A stretch of 64,000 nt of DNA from Isurus oxyrinchus (Eukaryota), in the NCBI GenBank assembly GCA_026770705.1, contig JANJGN010000014.1:123318001-123382000 (forward strand), given 5' to 3'. Positions within the stretch are counted from its first letter, which is position 1. The number at the start of each line of letters is the position of its first letter. Shown here piece after piece: positions 1 through 13,801 of the stretch. Under the pieces are notes generated by a model. That model saw nothing but the letters and a program-made list of their open reading frames with translations. It made no database searches and was not told the DNA's origin. The position numbers and the translations under genes are program-made.

Positions 1-269
1 GTTCCAGGTTAGAATAATCCCAAATAAGACATTTAGCTTTTGTATGCCACTTGGTTATGCTATTACAACACTTTAGTGAACCATTTACATGAAGTTCTGT
101 TAGGTTTAGATTTCATTCAACAAGTGAAACAAAATGATGAATTTTAAAGTATGTTTACAATATATATATATATATATTTACAACATATATAAATTTACCA
201 CATACGTTTTGTTTTTGTGTATGAGATGTATAAGAGATGAATAAAACCATGCTTTGTTTTCACTTTTAG

Positions 270-514
270 AAAAAACCTGTCAGAAGACGATATGAACCAT
301 ATGGAATGTACTCTGATGATGATGCAAACAGCGATGCATCTAGCGCTTGTTCTGAGCGGTCTTATGGCTCCAGAAATGGAGGCATTCCACACTACTTGCG
401 CCAGACAGAGGATGTGGCTGAGGTCTTAAACCACTGTGCTAGCTCAAATTGGTCTGAGAGGAAAGAAGGGCTTGTTGGCCTTCAAAATCTATTGAAAAGT
501 CAGAGAACATTAAG
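270..514 (+). CDS. CLASP1: CLASP1 coding exon (KKPVRRRYEPYGMYSDDDANSDASS...LQNLLKSQRTL), start of TOG3 region
   Basis: Acceptor ttttag at 264-269, donor gtaagg at 515. Translation is nearly identical to vertebrate CLASP1 as recalled. Ends in phase 2. Confidence 0.96.
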
Positions 515-1162
515 GTAAGGTTCTGCAAAATGTACTATCATGTTGCAGGATCTTTTCAATTCTGCCTCTCAAATCACTTGATTATTCTAATAACCTGGCA
601 TGTTAGAATCCATTGCTTTGGTAACTTAAGATTTTTGAGGTAGTGAAGGTTAGACTGATTCAAATTTGGGATTTTCCAGTCAGCATTATAAATGTTAGTC
701 TTAACTAATTTAAAATAGGTTAGTACCGTTAGTAGAATCAGAAAATCTAGGCATGAGTGTTTGAATCTATCAAGGTAAAATTTTGAACGGAGTTGTTGAA
801 TAAAATCAGACCATTTGATTTGCCCATAAACTTTGAAATATAATCTCTTGAAATAAATTGTGTAATGTAGCTTTACCTTTAAGCTATACAAAAATTCCCA
901 ATTAAAGAAAACACTATACAAGTGAGCCATCATACACTCAATATGATGAGTCATTTAAAATGACAATTGAAAATTAAAATTATTCTGTTCCAAATATATT
1001 GAAGCATTTTAATAACAAGCAGAATTTTATTTTCTTTCCATTGCTATATTTTGTATCTAAAAAAAAACAAGCTTCCTAGTGCCTATGTTGACCTAATGTG
1101 ACTTAATACAGTGCTTTTAATAAACTCTTGATCTGCACATTTTATATTAATTTACTTTACAG

Positions 1163-1226
1163 CCGTGTTGAATTGAAGCGGTTATGTGAGATCTTCACTC
1201 GTATGTTTGCAGATCCTCATAGCAAG
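1163..1226 (+). CDS. CLASP1: CLASP1 coding exon (S-RVELKRLCEIFTRMFADPHSK)
   Basis: tttacag acceptor, gtaact donor. 64 nt completes the AG|C Ser codon and ends in phase 0. Confidence 0.96.
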
Positions 1227-1954
1227 GTAACTTCTACTAAAATAGTTTTTGCAAGCAGCTTCTTGCATGTACATGTAAACAGCTTTGTGTTTTGTGTGAA
1301 TGCATGCAATATTTTAAAAATATTTGTATAAATGGAACATAATATGGAAGGTGATTGTTTTCAAAAATATGCTGTGTTTTGTATTTCCTTGTTTATGGCA
1401 ATACAGGTCATTTATAAAGGTAGATCTATTTAAGAGTTGGTTGACAGAAAAGATGCAAATTTTTAAAAGGTTATTATTTCTTTAAAAAGAAAGCAACTTT
1501 CATATTTTCAGATAAGGATTGAACTTTGAAAATATTTATTCAGCAATCCCTGTACAATTATAACCTAGCTTGCAGCAAGTAAAAATAGAATTTTAAAGCT
1601 GAATTTAAATTTAACTTAAACTTCCTGAAAGGATTTTGCTTAGACCCAAGTCCAAAAGCCAACCTACTTAATGAATGTTGGTGCAATTTATACACATTTT
1701 TTCAAAAATTCTATGAAAGCAATTGTTGCCTTTTTCAGTTGTTCTAGAAAATTATAGTACAATAAATGATTTGAAAGATGTACTGGAATTTGTATTTTGG
1801 CATGCAGAGAATGCTGGTGGATGTGAGAATTTGTTTGCAATTGCCCAGCTTTATCTAAAAGCCTGTGTATTATGAAGTGATTAATGTATGTCGGTAACCA
1901 TTACAAAGCACTGTTGATTGTAAGTCTACTGCATTAATCAATGGTTTGTTTTCT

Positions 1955-2026
1955 TGCATGTCCTGTCCTTTGTTGGAACTCACAACAGAGAGTAAGTGTT
2001 GCTTTTACTGTTTACCACAAACTAAC
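1955..2026 (+). promoter_or_regulatory. Splicing-regulatory motifs around the microexon: TGCATG (RBFOX-type) 1955-1960 and ACTAAC (QKI-type) 2021-2026
   Basis: Motifs read directly; further TGCATG at 1264 and 1301 in the same intron. Function is inferred. Confidence 0.55.
1989..1991 (+). CDS. CLASP1: 3-nt microexon AGA (Arg; PHSK-R-VFSM)
   Basis: caacag|AGA|gtaagt: acceptor and perfect donor around one codon, phase 0/0. Supplies the Arg of the PHSKRVFSM isoform that neither flanking exon encodes. Confidence 0.85.
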
Positions 2027-2932
2027 ATATATTGGTGCCCTTGAAAAATACGTTTTTATTTTGAGGAAAAGTTAGTTTCAAATCTTATTGAAGAATAATA
2101 AATCTCAATTAGTTACTGTAATTAGTGCAAGTTTAAATTGTTACAATCAAGTTAAGGACCATTAACATTTAAAAATAAATGTGGCTACCTCATTTTAACC
2201 AATACAACTAATCCACAAGATTTCACTTTTTTTAACAAAAACTTATTGTACACAAAAGAATTAAATAAAACAAACACTATAAACTTAATAATATGGCTTT
2301 AACTACATTTATTGTTCACTCAGGTCTACTTCTTCCCCCAAGTATTCTCATATAAGACACATCAAGCTTAAAGTTATTTACTTCTTTAGGGACCACCCAT
2401 AAGTATGCCCCAGTCCTCTGGAAACTATCTTTAATTCTCCTCAGTTCCAGCAATTCTAAGAGGTAAAACTTTTGATTTACCATGTCTTGACTGTGGATAC
2501 CTGAATCCATTTTTTGTGGTTATTTTTTTCAATACTTCCAAGCTGCTTCAGCTGATCATTTTCTTTTGCAATAAGACACTGTGAGGTCCACTGTGCATTC
2601 TCCCACTAGCTTCAAACTAAACAACCTCCAGCTTCTGTTCCCGCACAAGATTCAAACTGAGATTAAGCCTCACCCGCCTTCACATGCAGTCAATGCTTAA
2701 GTTAGCGTTTTACTCTGTCTACTGTGCAGGCCTATCTAACTGTTATTTACTTTGTCTATCTTCTCAGTCAGCTGCAATCCACATAAAATGCAATTAACTT
2801 TTCCAGCAAATGCCCAGATGAATTGAAACCATAGAACTTCTTAATCTCAGCCTATCTCTATGACAATGTAGCCTGCAGTCTGCTGTCCTCAAACAGACCT
2901 TTAAGTTAATTATCCTTCATTTCCAATTTCTT

Positions 2933-3310
2933 AGAACATAAGAAATAGGAGCCTTAACTCCACTTTTCTGTCAGGCCCCCATAACCCTCGGCTCTCTTGT
3001 CAATCAAAAATCTGTCTAACTCAACCTTGAATATATTCAATAACCCAGCCTCCACTGCTCACTGGGGAGGAGAATTCCAAAGACCCTTGAAGAAGAAATC
3101 CCTCCTCATCTCCATCTTAAATGGGAGAGCCCTTATTTTCCCACTTAGTTCTTGATTCCCTCATGAGAGGAATCATCCTCTCAGCATTACTCTGTCAAGC
3201 CCCCTCAGAATCTTGTATGTTTCAATAAAATCACCTGTCGTTCTTCGAAACTCCAGTGGGTATGGGCCCAACCTGCTCAAGCTTTCCTCATAGGGCAAAC
3301 CCCTAATCCC
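2933..3310 (-). mobile_element. CR1-type LINE 3' fragment
   Basis: agaacataagaaatagg tail; similar to the RT C-terminus/3'UTR of other copies such as 50825-51300. Confidence 0.75.
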
Positions 3311-4432
3311 AGAAAGCTACCTGTATGCACAGGGTCAGATCATTTTAATGGGCTGAATGCAGCACCAATGAAGGTAGGCCATTTAGAGAAAGGGCTTACT
3401 TCTAGAATTGGGGAAGGAGAATAAGCCGCAATTTCAGATTTGATCTGGTGAAATAGATGGATTTTACTACATTTCAGGGTTTACTGAATGCTTTTAAAAA
3501 TTAATTTAGTTCTGCCTCCCAAAACAAAAACACCTCTCTGGATTGCACTTCTTCGCAGATATTGCAGACATCATGTCTCTGGCTTTTTAACAAACAAGCC
3601 CACTTGCTGTTCTATAGCTCTCTCTCTCTTCCTTCTACTCTGACCTTTTTAACCTACAACCTAAAAGTTATATTCTAAAATGCAAGAGCCATGAGCTAGA
3701 TATTCGCATAACAGGGCGCCTGCCTTCTGCCATTGAGTGTTGGCACACTGAGGATATCTGCAGATTATGTTTTCAGAACATTAGAGACATTAACTGAAAT
3801 TTAGCAGATATCGCCAGATTTTTGTTCATTTGGATTCTACATGCAACATTGGCATTGTACCAGGTTGAAATATTCGGAGCTCAGCCGTAGAAATTAAGTA
3901 ATTTTTGAGGTCTTGTTGCTGTTTTCTTCCATGAAATGAACAAAGTTGATTTTCACCTGGTGGGGGCAACATAACCTATATTCCTTTAGATGTTTTACAT
4001 ACTGGAAGGCCTAGTAACTGATAATTGATTCTTTACAAATGTGAAAAATTAAAAGATAATTTCAAATGAAAAGATCGGTGCTTGAACCCCACTGCCCCCT
4101 TAAGTACAGTTTCACAGTGTGAACTGTAACTACTAGATACCGCATCACATTTTAAAAAAAGATATTGCTTCAAATTCATGTGGCTAAAGAAGAATACTGC
4201 TAGAGAATAGAGTGCTTCAATTTTATATTCAGCCATTTGTCTAGGTGTGCTTTATTTCTGTTTCAGCAGAAGTTATTCCTCCTTAACTTTGTCATCAATT
4301 ACAAATTAATTTTATGAAGGAAATGACATTTGCCAGGTTGTTTGTTTGTGGTATCAAACTGCTTTTTTGATACATGGTATGCCATTCCTGCCAAACACCA
4401 ACAACAGTCATGATACATTCTTTTTATTTTAG

Positions 4433-4596
4433 GTATTCAGCATGTTTTTGGAAACTTTAGTAGATTTCATCATCATCCACAAAGAAGACTTACAGGATTG
4501 GCTATTTGTGCTCCTGACTCAGCTTCTAAAGAAGATGGGTGCTGATTTGCTAGGTTCTGTACAGGCCAAGGTTCAGAAGGCACTAGATGTCACCAG
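4433..4596 (+). CDS. CLASP1: CLASP1 coding exon (VFSMFLETLVDF...KALDVT-R)
   Basis: ttttag acceptor, gtcaga donor. 164 nt, phase 0 to 2. CLASP1 peptide. Confidence 0.96.
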
Positions 4597-5979
4597 GTCA
4601 GACCAGCGATCAAGCTGTTTCCTATAATATTTACATTGAGGATGTACATAAACTAAGTATCTTTTGTGCATACTATTTTTGTCGGTATTACTCTCTCATG
4701 ATGTAATTTGGTTGGGTGGTGACTCCTAAGTGCATAATAAATAGGAGCAGGTATAGTTATTTAGTCCATCGAAGCTACTGCACCTTCGACAAGATTGTAG
4801 CTACTCTCCTACCTCAACTCCATCTTTCCACATTTTCCCATATTCTTGGTTCTTTTGTTATCCAAAAAACTCTCGATCTCTGACCTGATTGTGCTCAATG
4901 ACTGAGCATTCATAGCTCTCTGGCTAGAGAATTGCAAAGATTGCTTTGAGTGAAGAAATTTCTCTGTATGGTCACGTTCCTTTCTGACCTTTGAATGTGG
5001 TCTGTTTCTCATAAGGTGGTTTAATAATGATGCATTAAGCAGAGATCTGGCAGAGGATCTCCATTGATTGTGGGTCTCATTAGATGGCTAATAGCCAATA
5101 GCTTATTGAACCTTGTGATCCAGGAAAACTAAGTCTTGAATGCTGTTGGAGGTGCTAATTCAGCCTCCTTTATATTGGCTGGTGCTATCCGAGATGGGAA
5201 AACTGCACTCCCAGTGCTGATAGCACATGGTCAATACAAAATTACATTTACATAGATTATAATGGTATACTTAGGTTAAAAGAGTATTATTTATTTTATT
5301 CAGGATGCCAATAGTAATTGAAATTTTAATTTACCGTACTGTAGTTGTACATTCTCCTAGCATTTGGTTGCTTTGTGATCCACTCAGTTACATTTCAAAA
5401 AGTCTAATTTCTCTGGCATTTAACTTTATGGTTTCTGAGGGCTTATATTGCATCCTAGCTCAGCAAACACCTTACTGGCTGGGTTGCATTAACTGTCTGA
5501 CTTCCCAACTGTGGGACCTGTTTCTGGAAACTTTCAGGGCCCCGAAATGATCAGCTTGTTTACCAGCTACTCCAGAGTCTTGCATTGCTGGTCAAACAAC
5601 TATATTTTTGCATTTTCTTGAACTTCTTTCAAATGCAACTGTTCTGTAAAATCAGTTATATTCTCCCCTTCTGACCTGTTTCCAAATGCCCTCTAACTTG
5701 ATAAAACTAGTGGGAAAAGCCTGGTTTTTTAAATTTTTATAATCCATGCTGTCCCTGGGATTCTCATGAAAATGTAATAAATGCTTTATCACCAAATTAC
5801 AACACTGCCTTCTTGGCCCAAGATTTTTTTGCTCCACATAGGGTGCTGTGTTAATAATTGAAAAGCACTTAAAATTTCAGGATTATGCTAAAACTCAGTG
5901 TTATTGATCTGAAATAAGGCACATTACCATAACTGTGGATGCTTGGTGTGCAATTTCAACAAAGCCAATATGTCAGCTA

Positions 5980-7226
5980 TGTGTCACCTCAGAGTCAGAA
6001 GATTTTGGGTTCAAGTCCCACTTCAGAGACCTGAACATAATCTAGGCAGTTCGGGCACGATGTTAAACTAAGGCGGTCAGAAAAGATTCCATGGCACTAT
6101 TTTGAATTATAGCCTGCTTATGTGTCATACTATTTCTATTCAGCCTGGCATGTCTGTGTCAGCTGTCTACAAAAGCAACTTGCCTAGTCCCACTCACGCA
6201 CTTTTTCTCAAAGCTCTGCAAATTTTTCTCTTCAGGCAATTATCCAGTACCCTTTTGAAAGCCACAATTGAATCTGCCTCCACCATGCTCTCAGGTAGAG
6301 CATTCCAGATCCTAACCACTTGCTGCACAAAAACTGTTTTTCACATGGTACTTTTACTTCATCTGCTAATCACCTTAAATTGGTGTCTTCTGGTTCTTGA
6401 CAGTTTTACCAATAGGAACTGTTTTCCCTATCTACTCTGTCCTCGCCCTTCAAGATTTTGAACACCTTCATCAATTATCTTTGTTTCTTCTCTTATACAA
6501 GGAGAGCAGCCCTAGTTTCTCCAATCTATCCATGGAACTGAAGTTCTTCATCCCTGGAACCATTCTCATGAAGCTTTTCTGCACCCTCTCTAATGCTTTC
6601 ACATCCTTCTAAAAGTGTGGTGCCAGAACTGGACACAATACCCGAGTTGTGCCCGAACCAGCATTGTTTTTATTTTGAGGATTATCATAAAATCCTTGCT
6701 TATGCACTCTGTGCCCCTATTTAGAAAGCCCAGTATCTGGTATGTTTTATTAACTGTTTTCTCAACCAGCTTTGCCAACTTCAGTGATGTGTGCACGTCA
6801 CTGAAGTTGGCCCCCACATCCCTCTGTTCTTGCACCCGTGTTAGAATTGTACCTTTCACTTTATATTGCCTCTCCTCATTCTTCTGGCCATAATAATAAC
6901 ATTCACTGCACACTTCTCTGCTTTAAATTTCACCTGGCACTTGTCCACCCTTCCACCAGCCTGTCTATATCTTCTTGAAATTTATCACCATCCTCCTCTT
7001 GAAAATGTGCCTTGTACACTGAAGTTTCAATCATTACTATGTATCAAGAAAAGTAGTGGTTCTAACGTTGAAGAAGGGCAGGGGAGTTATCCCCAGTGGC
7101 CTGGCCAAACTTTAACCCTTAACCAACATCAGTAACAACAGATATCTGGTCATTATCAGATTGCTGTTCGTGGGAATTTGTTCTGAGAAAATTGACTGCT
7201 GCACTTCCTACGTCGCAACAAAGACT
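5980..7226 (+). mobile_element. Deu-domain SINE (SacSINE1/AmnSINE1-like) split by a minus-strand CR1 insertion (6107-7067)
   Basis: B-box gggttcaagtccc. 'gattccatggcactattttgaa' resumes as 'ttgaagaagggcaggggagttatcccc' with TTGAA duplicated (6102-6106, 7068-7072). Inner ORF has the CR1 motif RAQLGYCVQFW. Confidence 0.75.
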
Positions 7227-7755
7227 TAGGACCAGATTCTCCCCTTTTGAGGCGGAAGTCACGAGTTCGTTGATTTGATGCCGTTATGACCCTGCTTCCT
7301 GCTCGGCAGTGTCCGCCCACACTTTTCTCATGGTGAGGTTGAGGGGACGGGGCTCGAATTGGGACTGTCACCTCCCAGAGCAGGCCTGAGGCAGGAATGG
7401 AGGAGGGTGGAGCAAGTTAGAAGGCTTGCCTCCATTCACTGGGACATCAGCCAGTTCTGTACATGAGTGTTAGGCATCCTAGCCCTTTGTCCCAAAGTGC
7501 GATGAGGGTGGGGTGAGAAAGGACAAAATGGAAGGTTTTTGCGGCCGAAAACAGGAGTGATTAAATGACAAAAGGGATGATGGTGGAAGTTGAAAAGGGA
7601 TGGTAATGTCACATTTTAGCACTTTTGGTTTGTCAGTATTTTTAATATAATAGAATGTTACAGCATAAAGTTTTTCAACATTATAACTGCTAGCGAGTCA
7701 CAAAAGATAAAACCATGAGCTCTGAAATACTAACTCCTTTTTTTTTTACTTGCAG

Positions 7756-7834
7756 AGAGTCCTTCCCATTTGATCAGCAATTTAATATTCTTATGCGTTT
7801 TATTGTGGATCAAACTCAAACACCTAACCTCAAG
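7756..7834 (+). CDS. CLASP1: CLASP1 coding exon (ESFPFDQQFNILMRFIVDQTQTPNLK)
   Basis: Consensus branch point TACTAAC 7728-7734, poly-T tract, tgcag acceptor, gtttgt donor. 79 nt, phase 2 to 0. Confidence 0.96.
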
Positions 7835-8697
7835 GTTTGTATAAAAATATCCAGTACTATAAGATATATCCTGGAAAAATGATTTGAATTAGTATTTGAA
7901 ACCTTACTTAAAAGAATGACCCAATACTAGTTGGAGATGTAACAGCAACTAACATTTCTGAACTGGTTCAAAAGAGGGGATTGAGAAAATCCTATTCAGA
8001 TTTACAAATATGGTGCATGTGCAGAGAGGTAGTTTGCCATTTTAGCCCTTACTGTATAGTGAAGACACCATTTCCTGATTTCTGCCAAATTCTGTCACGG
8101 ATCACAGACTGATGTTTGGCAGGATTTTGATGGCTAAACTTTGAAATGAGAAATAAGACTGCTATTTAGATTTGTCTCCTTCATAGTGGTATAAAATATT
8201 CTCCACCCTATTTGTATTCTTGTGTCTACTTCCTTGTCATGATATTGGTAGAGGCCTGGAAGCAGGTGTCTAGCACTTTGTGAGCAGCGCAATATACAGT
8301 TTGTGAAGGAAAGGATGTAATAACTAAATATAGCTAAATACATTTTGTGTAAAGTGCCCTTTTTATGAGGGAGTAACTGAAATAAATTGGTTGGTATACC
8401 TTACATCAGTTTTATCTCAGTTCTCTGGAGCTCAGGGCTGACACATGACTTATTTTACCTGATATTCAAAATCTGAGAGAGTTCAGGCTAGTGACAAACA
8501 TATTTAAACATTTACATCCATAGCATTTGCATATTAACCCAGAATAAATTAAATACTGTTTGAGTGAAATCTGTGTGGTGAAATTTTTTTTTAAAATGAC
8601 TGCTTTCATCTTAGTTCTGGATTTTGGCTTTACTTGTTCCGTCCAGTCAGTCATGTTTTGTATCTACTTCATTTTGTTCATATACTTTTACTTGAAG

Positions 8698-8841
8698 GTT
8701 AAAGTTGCAATTTTGAAGTACATTGAAAGGCTGGCAAGGCAGATGGACCCAGCCGATTTTGTTAATTCCAGTGAAACCCGCCTCGCTGTTTCCCGAATTA
8801 TAACCTGGACAACCGAACCAAAGAGCTCTGATGTGAGAAAG
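8698..8841 (+). CDS. CLASP1: CLASP1 coding exon (VKVAILKYIE...EPKSSDVRK)
   Basis: gaag acceptor, gtaggt donor. 144 nt, phase 0/0. Confidence 0.96.
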
Positions 8842-9192
8842 GTAGGTAGTTTAAGATAGTTTAGAATTTTTTATGAACTCAAGTACAGTGGGCTGAATGG
8901 CCTCCTCCTGTGCTCTATGATTCTGTGGTTTCCCATTCGTTATTTTGATGCTATGTTTGTATGACAGCCTTAAGACAGTAGTGTAATTCACTGCAAAATA
9001 GTTTTTTTTTAACTCCTCTCTGGTGTACCTTGGTGTTTTAATTTTGCTGTGTTTATTCCTTGCTGCACAGTGACCATAACAATGTCTTTTCTTTTAAAGA
9101 TAAGTTGACAGTGTTAAGGCCAATACTAATTCAATAATTTTAAATCTGAGATAGTTGGATTTTTGCTAGTTGAGAGATTAGGGAATATGATG

Positions 9193-9480
9193 CCAAGATG
9201 GATAAATGAAATTAGGAATACAGATTAACCATGATTGAAATGAATAGTGGAACAGATTTGAGGGGCTGAATGGCTTACTTCTGTTACTATGCTCCTTGTT
9301 CCCATGTTTCTATTTATGTAACCTTATGCTGGCCCAAGATAAATAAATGAAATCTGTATACAGATTAACCATAATCTACATGAATGGTGGAACTGATTCA
9401 AGGGGCTGAATGGCCTACTTCTATTCCTATACTCCCTAGTCCTATGTCCCTATATGTCCATATGTAACATTATGATGGCT
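9193..9480 (+). repeat. Tandem duplication (about 141-bp period, 2 copies) of a CR1 3' tail
   Basis: ccaagat..ataaatgaaat..tacagattaaccat..aggggctgaatggc..tatgtaac occurs twice in succession. Confidence 0.75.
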
Positions 9481-10320
9481 GTAACCTCTTGTTCATTATT
9501 TATTTATAGGAGTGTTTAGTATTGAGACACATATGCTATTTCTAGTAGGATATCAGTCGATTAAGTCATTGATCATCTATGTTGTCACTAAGTTATAATA
9601 AGTGGAAAGCAATTTATTTGGATTGCTTCTGTTCTATAGCTAAGCATGTCTTTTTTTTTAGCTGTAGCAGCCAAAGTTATGGGGGAGATTTTAACTCACT
9701 CAAGACCCATTCACTTACTTAAAATCAGACCCATGATGTCAGATTGTTAATCAAACCATTATAAATTAATAGTAATGGGTCATTCTTATATCTGCTAAAT
9801 TCATGATTAAATCAATAAAGGCTGCCCTCTCATGGACTTTGTTCTTGAATGTATGTCTGTAATGGAAATCATATTAACTCATTTAGACAGAATAAACTGA
9901 ACAAAGTATTATTTCATAATCCAAAATTCATTTCGTTATGTCAAGTAGCATTTTGGTCATTTCTAAAATAGTTAATGGGAAACCATTGCGGAGGAATATT
10001 CAGATGGCGTATAGTGAACGTAACTCATTTTTCAGTACTTGGTGCTTTCACCTTTTTTTTTAAATAATACTGTAGTTTACCATATTTTAGAGGAATTCCC
10101 ACCCAGCATGTCTGTTCCACCTTATCTTTGATCAGCTGGATATCTGTGATATTCGAATATATAACCACACGACTGAAAAAATTATAAGGTTTGTTTGCCT
10201 GATATAAATTGTGCATTTTCTTCATGGGCTGACTCATCCCCTCTTAATTTAGTCTGGAGAGTGTAAAGCCCGAGGTTTGCATTGCGACACTGCTGTGATT
10301 TAACCTACTAAAACCACATA

Positions 10321-10874
10321 GGGCAGCATTTTCCAATCAGCAAGCGGGGCAGGGACCCACTCGCCAACGCGTAAAATGACGTGGGGTGATGTCGGGTGTG
10401 TGTCCCAACATCACCCCACGTCAGTTAGATTTCCAGTTCGGCCTATTATGGCCATTAAAAAACTGATGGGCCTGCCCATCCAACCTTAAGGTTGGTGGGC
10501 AGGCGAAGAGGCCAGGCGGCCTTCAGATAATGCATGAAACCTCATCCATGGGCGGGATGAGGTTTCATGTAAGATTTAAAATTCCATGAAAATTTTTTAA
10601 TAAAATTAATGGACATGTCCCATCTCATGATAGTTTCACATGAGGGGACATGTTCTTAATTTTTTTTCCGTCTTTAATTAAGTTTTTAAAAGTAACACTG
10701 ATCTCCCAGGGGCAGCACTCCTGGCTCAGAGAATCACCTCCCCCACCCCCGCAACCTGCACAGTGCTTCTGGGCGGACGTCACGCTAAAAAGGCAGCCCC
10801 CAAATGGGGGCGCCGATTGGTAACCGCGTGCTCCTGCAGAACCCCCCCCCACAAACGGGGTGAAAATACTGCCC
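10321..10874. mobile_element. Non-autonomous PIF/Harbinger-type element (MITE), copy 1, inverted relative to copies 2 and 3
   Basis: TIR gggcagcattttc / gaaaatactgccc, 3-bp TSD ATA, internal palindromes shared with the other copies. Confidence 0.8.
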
Positions 10875-11499
10875 ATAGGGCTTGAGTGAATTTCCAAATA
10901 TCTATTTTTTTGAGATCATCCTACCCTTTGGTCTTTGGCTTGTTGGGTTATCTGGAGCTGAGTGAAAAGTATCTGAGGCCCAGCATCTAAGCTTCCAGCA
11001 CCTAGCCTACTACTCCAGGTGCCATCAGTAAATGGCTGGTCAGTCATTTGTTACATAATTGGTGATGATAAATCGTTCAATAAGTTTTTCATATAATGAT
11101 TATGCAGATGCAGACTGATTATTAGGCTTTAGCTAATGTAAAACATAATTGCTAAACCATAGAATTCATTTGTTTCAAAACAAATTACAGCAAAAGGAAT
11201 ATTTTAATTGATTTGACCTTTTGGTTACTCAGAAGCCAGTTTTCTCAGCAGGAGTTCCTTATTATTTGCATATGCTTGAGCTTTGTGCGCTGGTTGGTTC
11301 GGTTGGCTTACTCTGGAATGTGATGTCAAATGTCTTCGATTGCCATTCAACTCTGAAGAGATGATTTTACAAAGTAAAATAAAAATGTACTTTATAACAA
11401 AGAATTATTTTGCTTTGCTGTAATTTTGAAGTTATTTTCTCCTGTTGAAGCCTTCTTTATCCTGCCAACTGTAGAACTACACTCCAAATACTATAGGGT

Positions 11500-13540
11500 T
11501 TGCCTAACAAGTTAATTGAAGTTCTTTGATGAAATGACAGACCTCGTTTCTGATCAAAATTCTGTTGGATATGATATATTTAGATTTCAATAAGGATTTA
11601 ATGCCATACAAGTGATTAGTCTTCAAGCTAGAAAGGCATGCAATAGAAAAGAAGACCCCAACGTAGATCGTAAAATGGATCTAAGCCAATGAAATTAAAG
11701 GATGATGGTAAATGGAACTGAGTTGAAATGCTAAGGTCACTGTCAGGATGTCATAGATCAGTGCTGGGCTATTGCTATTTGCAGTCTACATAAATAGTTT
11801 GAAGCTGAGGCGGAAAGGAAATGCTTTCAGTTTGCAGGTGACACCAAATTAAGGTGGGGTTGGAGGGCTAAGCAACAGGGAACAGGTAAACTGAATACAT
11901 TGGGAAAATTACATTTGATGCATGATAAGACTAAAGGGAAACAAAAGGTGGAAATATTAGCTAAATGACACTTTGCTACAGGGCACAAAACTAGAGGGAC
12001 CTGGAGGCATTGATGGAAAGTCTAGTGAAACCAAAAGTACAATCTGGGCCAACAATAAAGAAAACAAACCAGATAGAACACAAATTTCAGGAGATGATGA
12101 TGAGCTTGTAAAATAACTGTTATGGCCACACCTGGATTACTGTGTAAGATTCTGGTCACGGTGCTATTTCAAGGTTATTCAGTCATTGGAGGAAAGGGAG
12201 AACCAAACAGATAACCTATTTAAGGAAATTGAGCTATAAGGAGAGGTTGAAGAGCTTGGGGTTGTTTCTTCTGCTGAAGCAAAGGCTCAGGCAACTATGT
12301 TCAACTATGTAGCATTCATAAGGTAATAGAAAAATTGACCCCGATGATCTATCACATCTCAAACCAGTGCACACAGACTCAGTTTTAGAAGGAGTTAATT
12401 TAGATTTAGTTAATTTACACAAAGGATGGTCATTGCGTGGAATGGACTACCAAAGTGGCAAATAATGTAGAAAACTTTAAAAGATACTTGTGCTACTGGA
12501 CAATTGAGAAGCTTCATATTTGGAATGAATCGTCAAGCTTCAGGCACTTTTTTGGCCCCCTGCTTTCATCGGTTCCTTTTTAATAGAAGAGTCAGCTTAT
12601 TTCCAGCCCTCAGTTTGGCGCTTAAGCTAACAACTTGGGTATGCATGGTTGGTATAACTTAAATTGGCTTTACTTTTTCCTTTTACTTTGACATCTCTCC
12701 TCATGAGCCCATGAAGGTTAAATTATTCCATCTATGTTTGGAGACATATGGTTGTCAACCTGTTTCCTGGTACTCTGACACACCATGTTAGCACACCAGT
12801 GTATTGAGCTGCTAAATTGTAGCTGTGAGAAAACAAGCTTCAAGCATAATTCAAGATAAAATCAATACTCATCTACCTAGAAAGATGTGGGAAAATTAAG
12901 AACATTTGAGTGGATTTGTAAATAGCAAGCTGTGTCTAACAAATTTAAGAGCTATTTTGAGGAAATAACTGTGGTGATGACATGCAATGGGGATTGTGAA
13001 TAAGGTGCCTCATAGAAGGCTTGCTAATGATATTAAGACACATGGCGTTAAATTGAATGTTGCAGCAGGTTGGGAAGTTGCTTAAAGGGCAGAAAACAAA
13101 TTACTGCTTAATGGATGTTTTTTGTATCAGAGAAAAGTAAACAGTGCTCGCTAGGGCTCAGTGTTTGAACTCTTAAATGTTTGTATATACAACACAAAAG
13201 TTTGGTTAACTGAAGATGACTTTTAAGTGACTTTAGGTGGATGTAGACAAATTAGCACACTGGTTGGATAGATGCCAGCTGAAATTTAACTTGGAAAAAT
13301 GTGATACATTTCAGGAGAAGGAATAGAGAGGATATAGACACTAAAAATGGTAAAACTTTAAAAGAACTAAAGCAGAGAGACTTACGAGTTCAGATACACA
13401 GATCTTAAATTAAGGGGTAAATTTGCTAAAGCTGTAAATTCATACATGAAGGTTCCTAAATGTCGAAAATTTGTCCGTACAGGAAAGAAGCAAAGACCTA
13501 AATTATTGGTTAAGCTGTAGTTAGAATATTAATCCAATTG
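11500..13540 (+). mobile_element. Old degenerate CR1-type RT remnants (two fragments, about 11500-12520 and 12900-13540)
   Basis: Decayed motifs tttgcaggtgacaccaaa (FA.DTK), ggccacacctggattactgtgt (PHL.YCV), ctagggctcagtg. Confidence 0.6.
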
Positions 13541-13801
13541 TCAGCGCTCGCCATTATTGCCCTGTGTAACTGATGGAAACGTATGCTGTCTGCATGCGTA
13601 CAGTTAAAATCAGAAATTGTTGTTAGTGATTCTCTTATCCTCCACAGGATGCAATTTTGAAGCCTCCCTATACAGGTAACCTCCAGCAGTCACTAAACTG
13701 ATGAGAACTTCCATTGTACGTTGTTATTTTCCTTTAGAAACTGAAAATATTATGCTTTCTTAATGAGGCATAACTAGATTTAAAAAGCATGCTCAGTCAT
13801 A

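Noticed and set aside
2139-3690. Possible third solo LTR starting tgttaca, interrupted by CR1
   Set aside because: Could not identify a matching 3' terminus or TSD.
11062-11118. C/D-box snoRNA-like GTGATGA...CTGA
   Set aside because: Short, weak terminal stem, no recognisable guide; compatible with chance.
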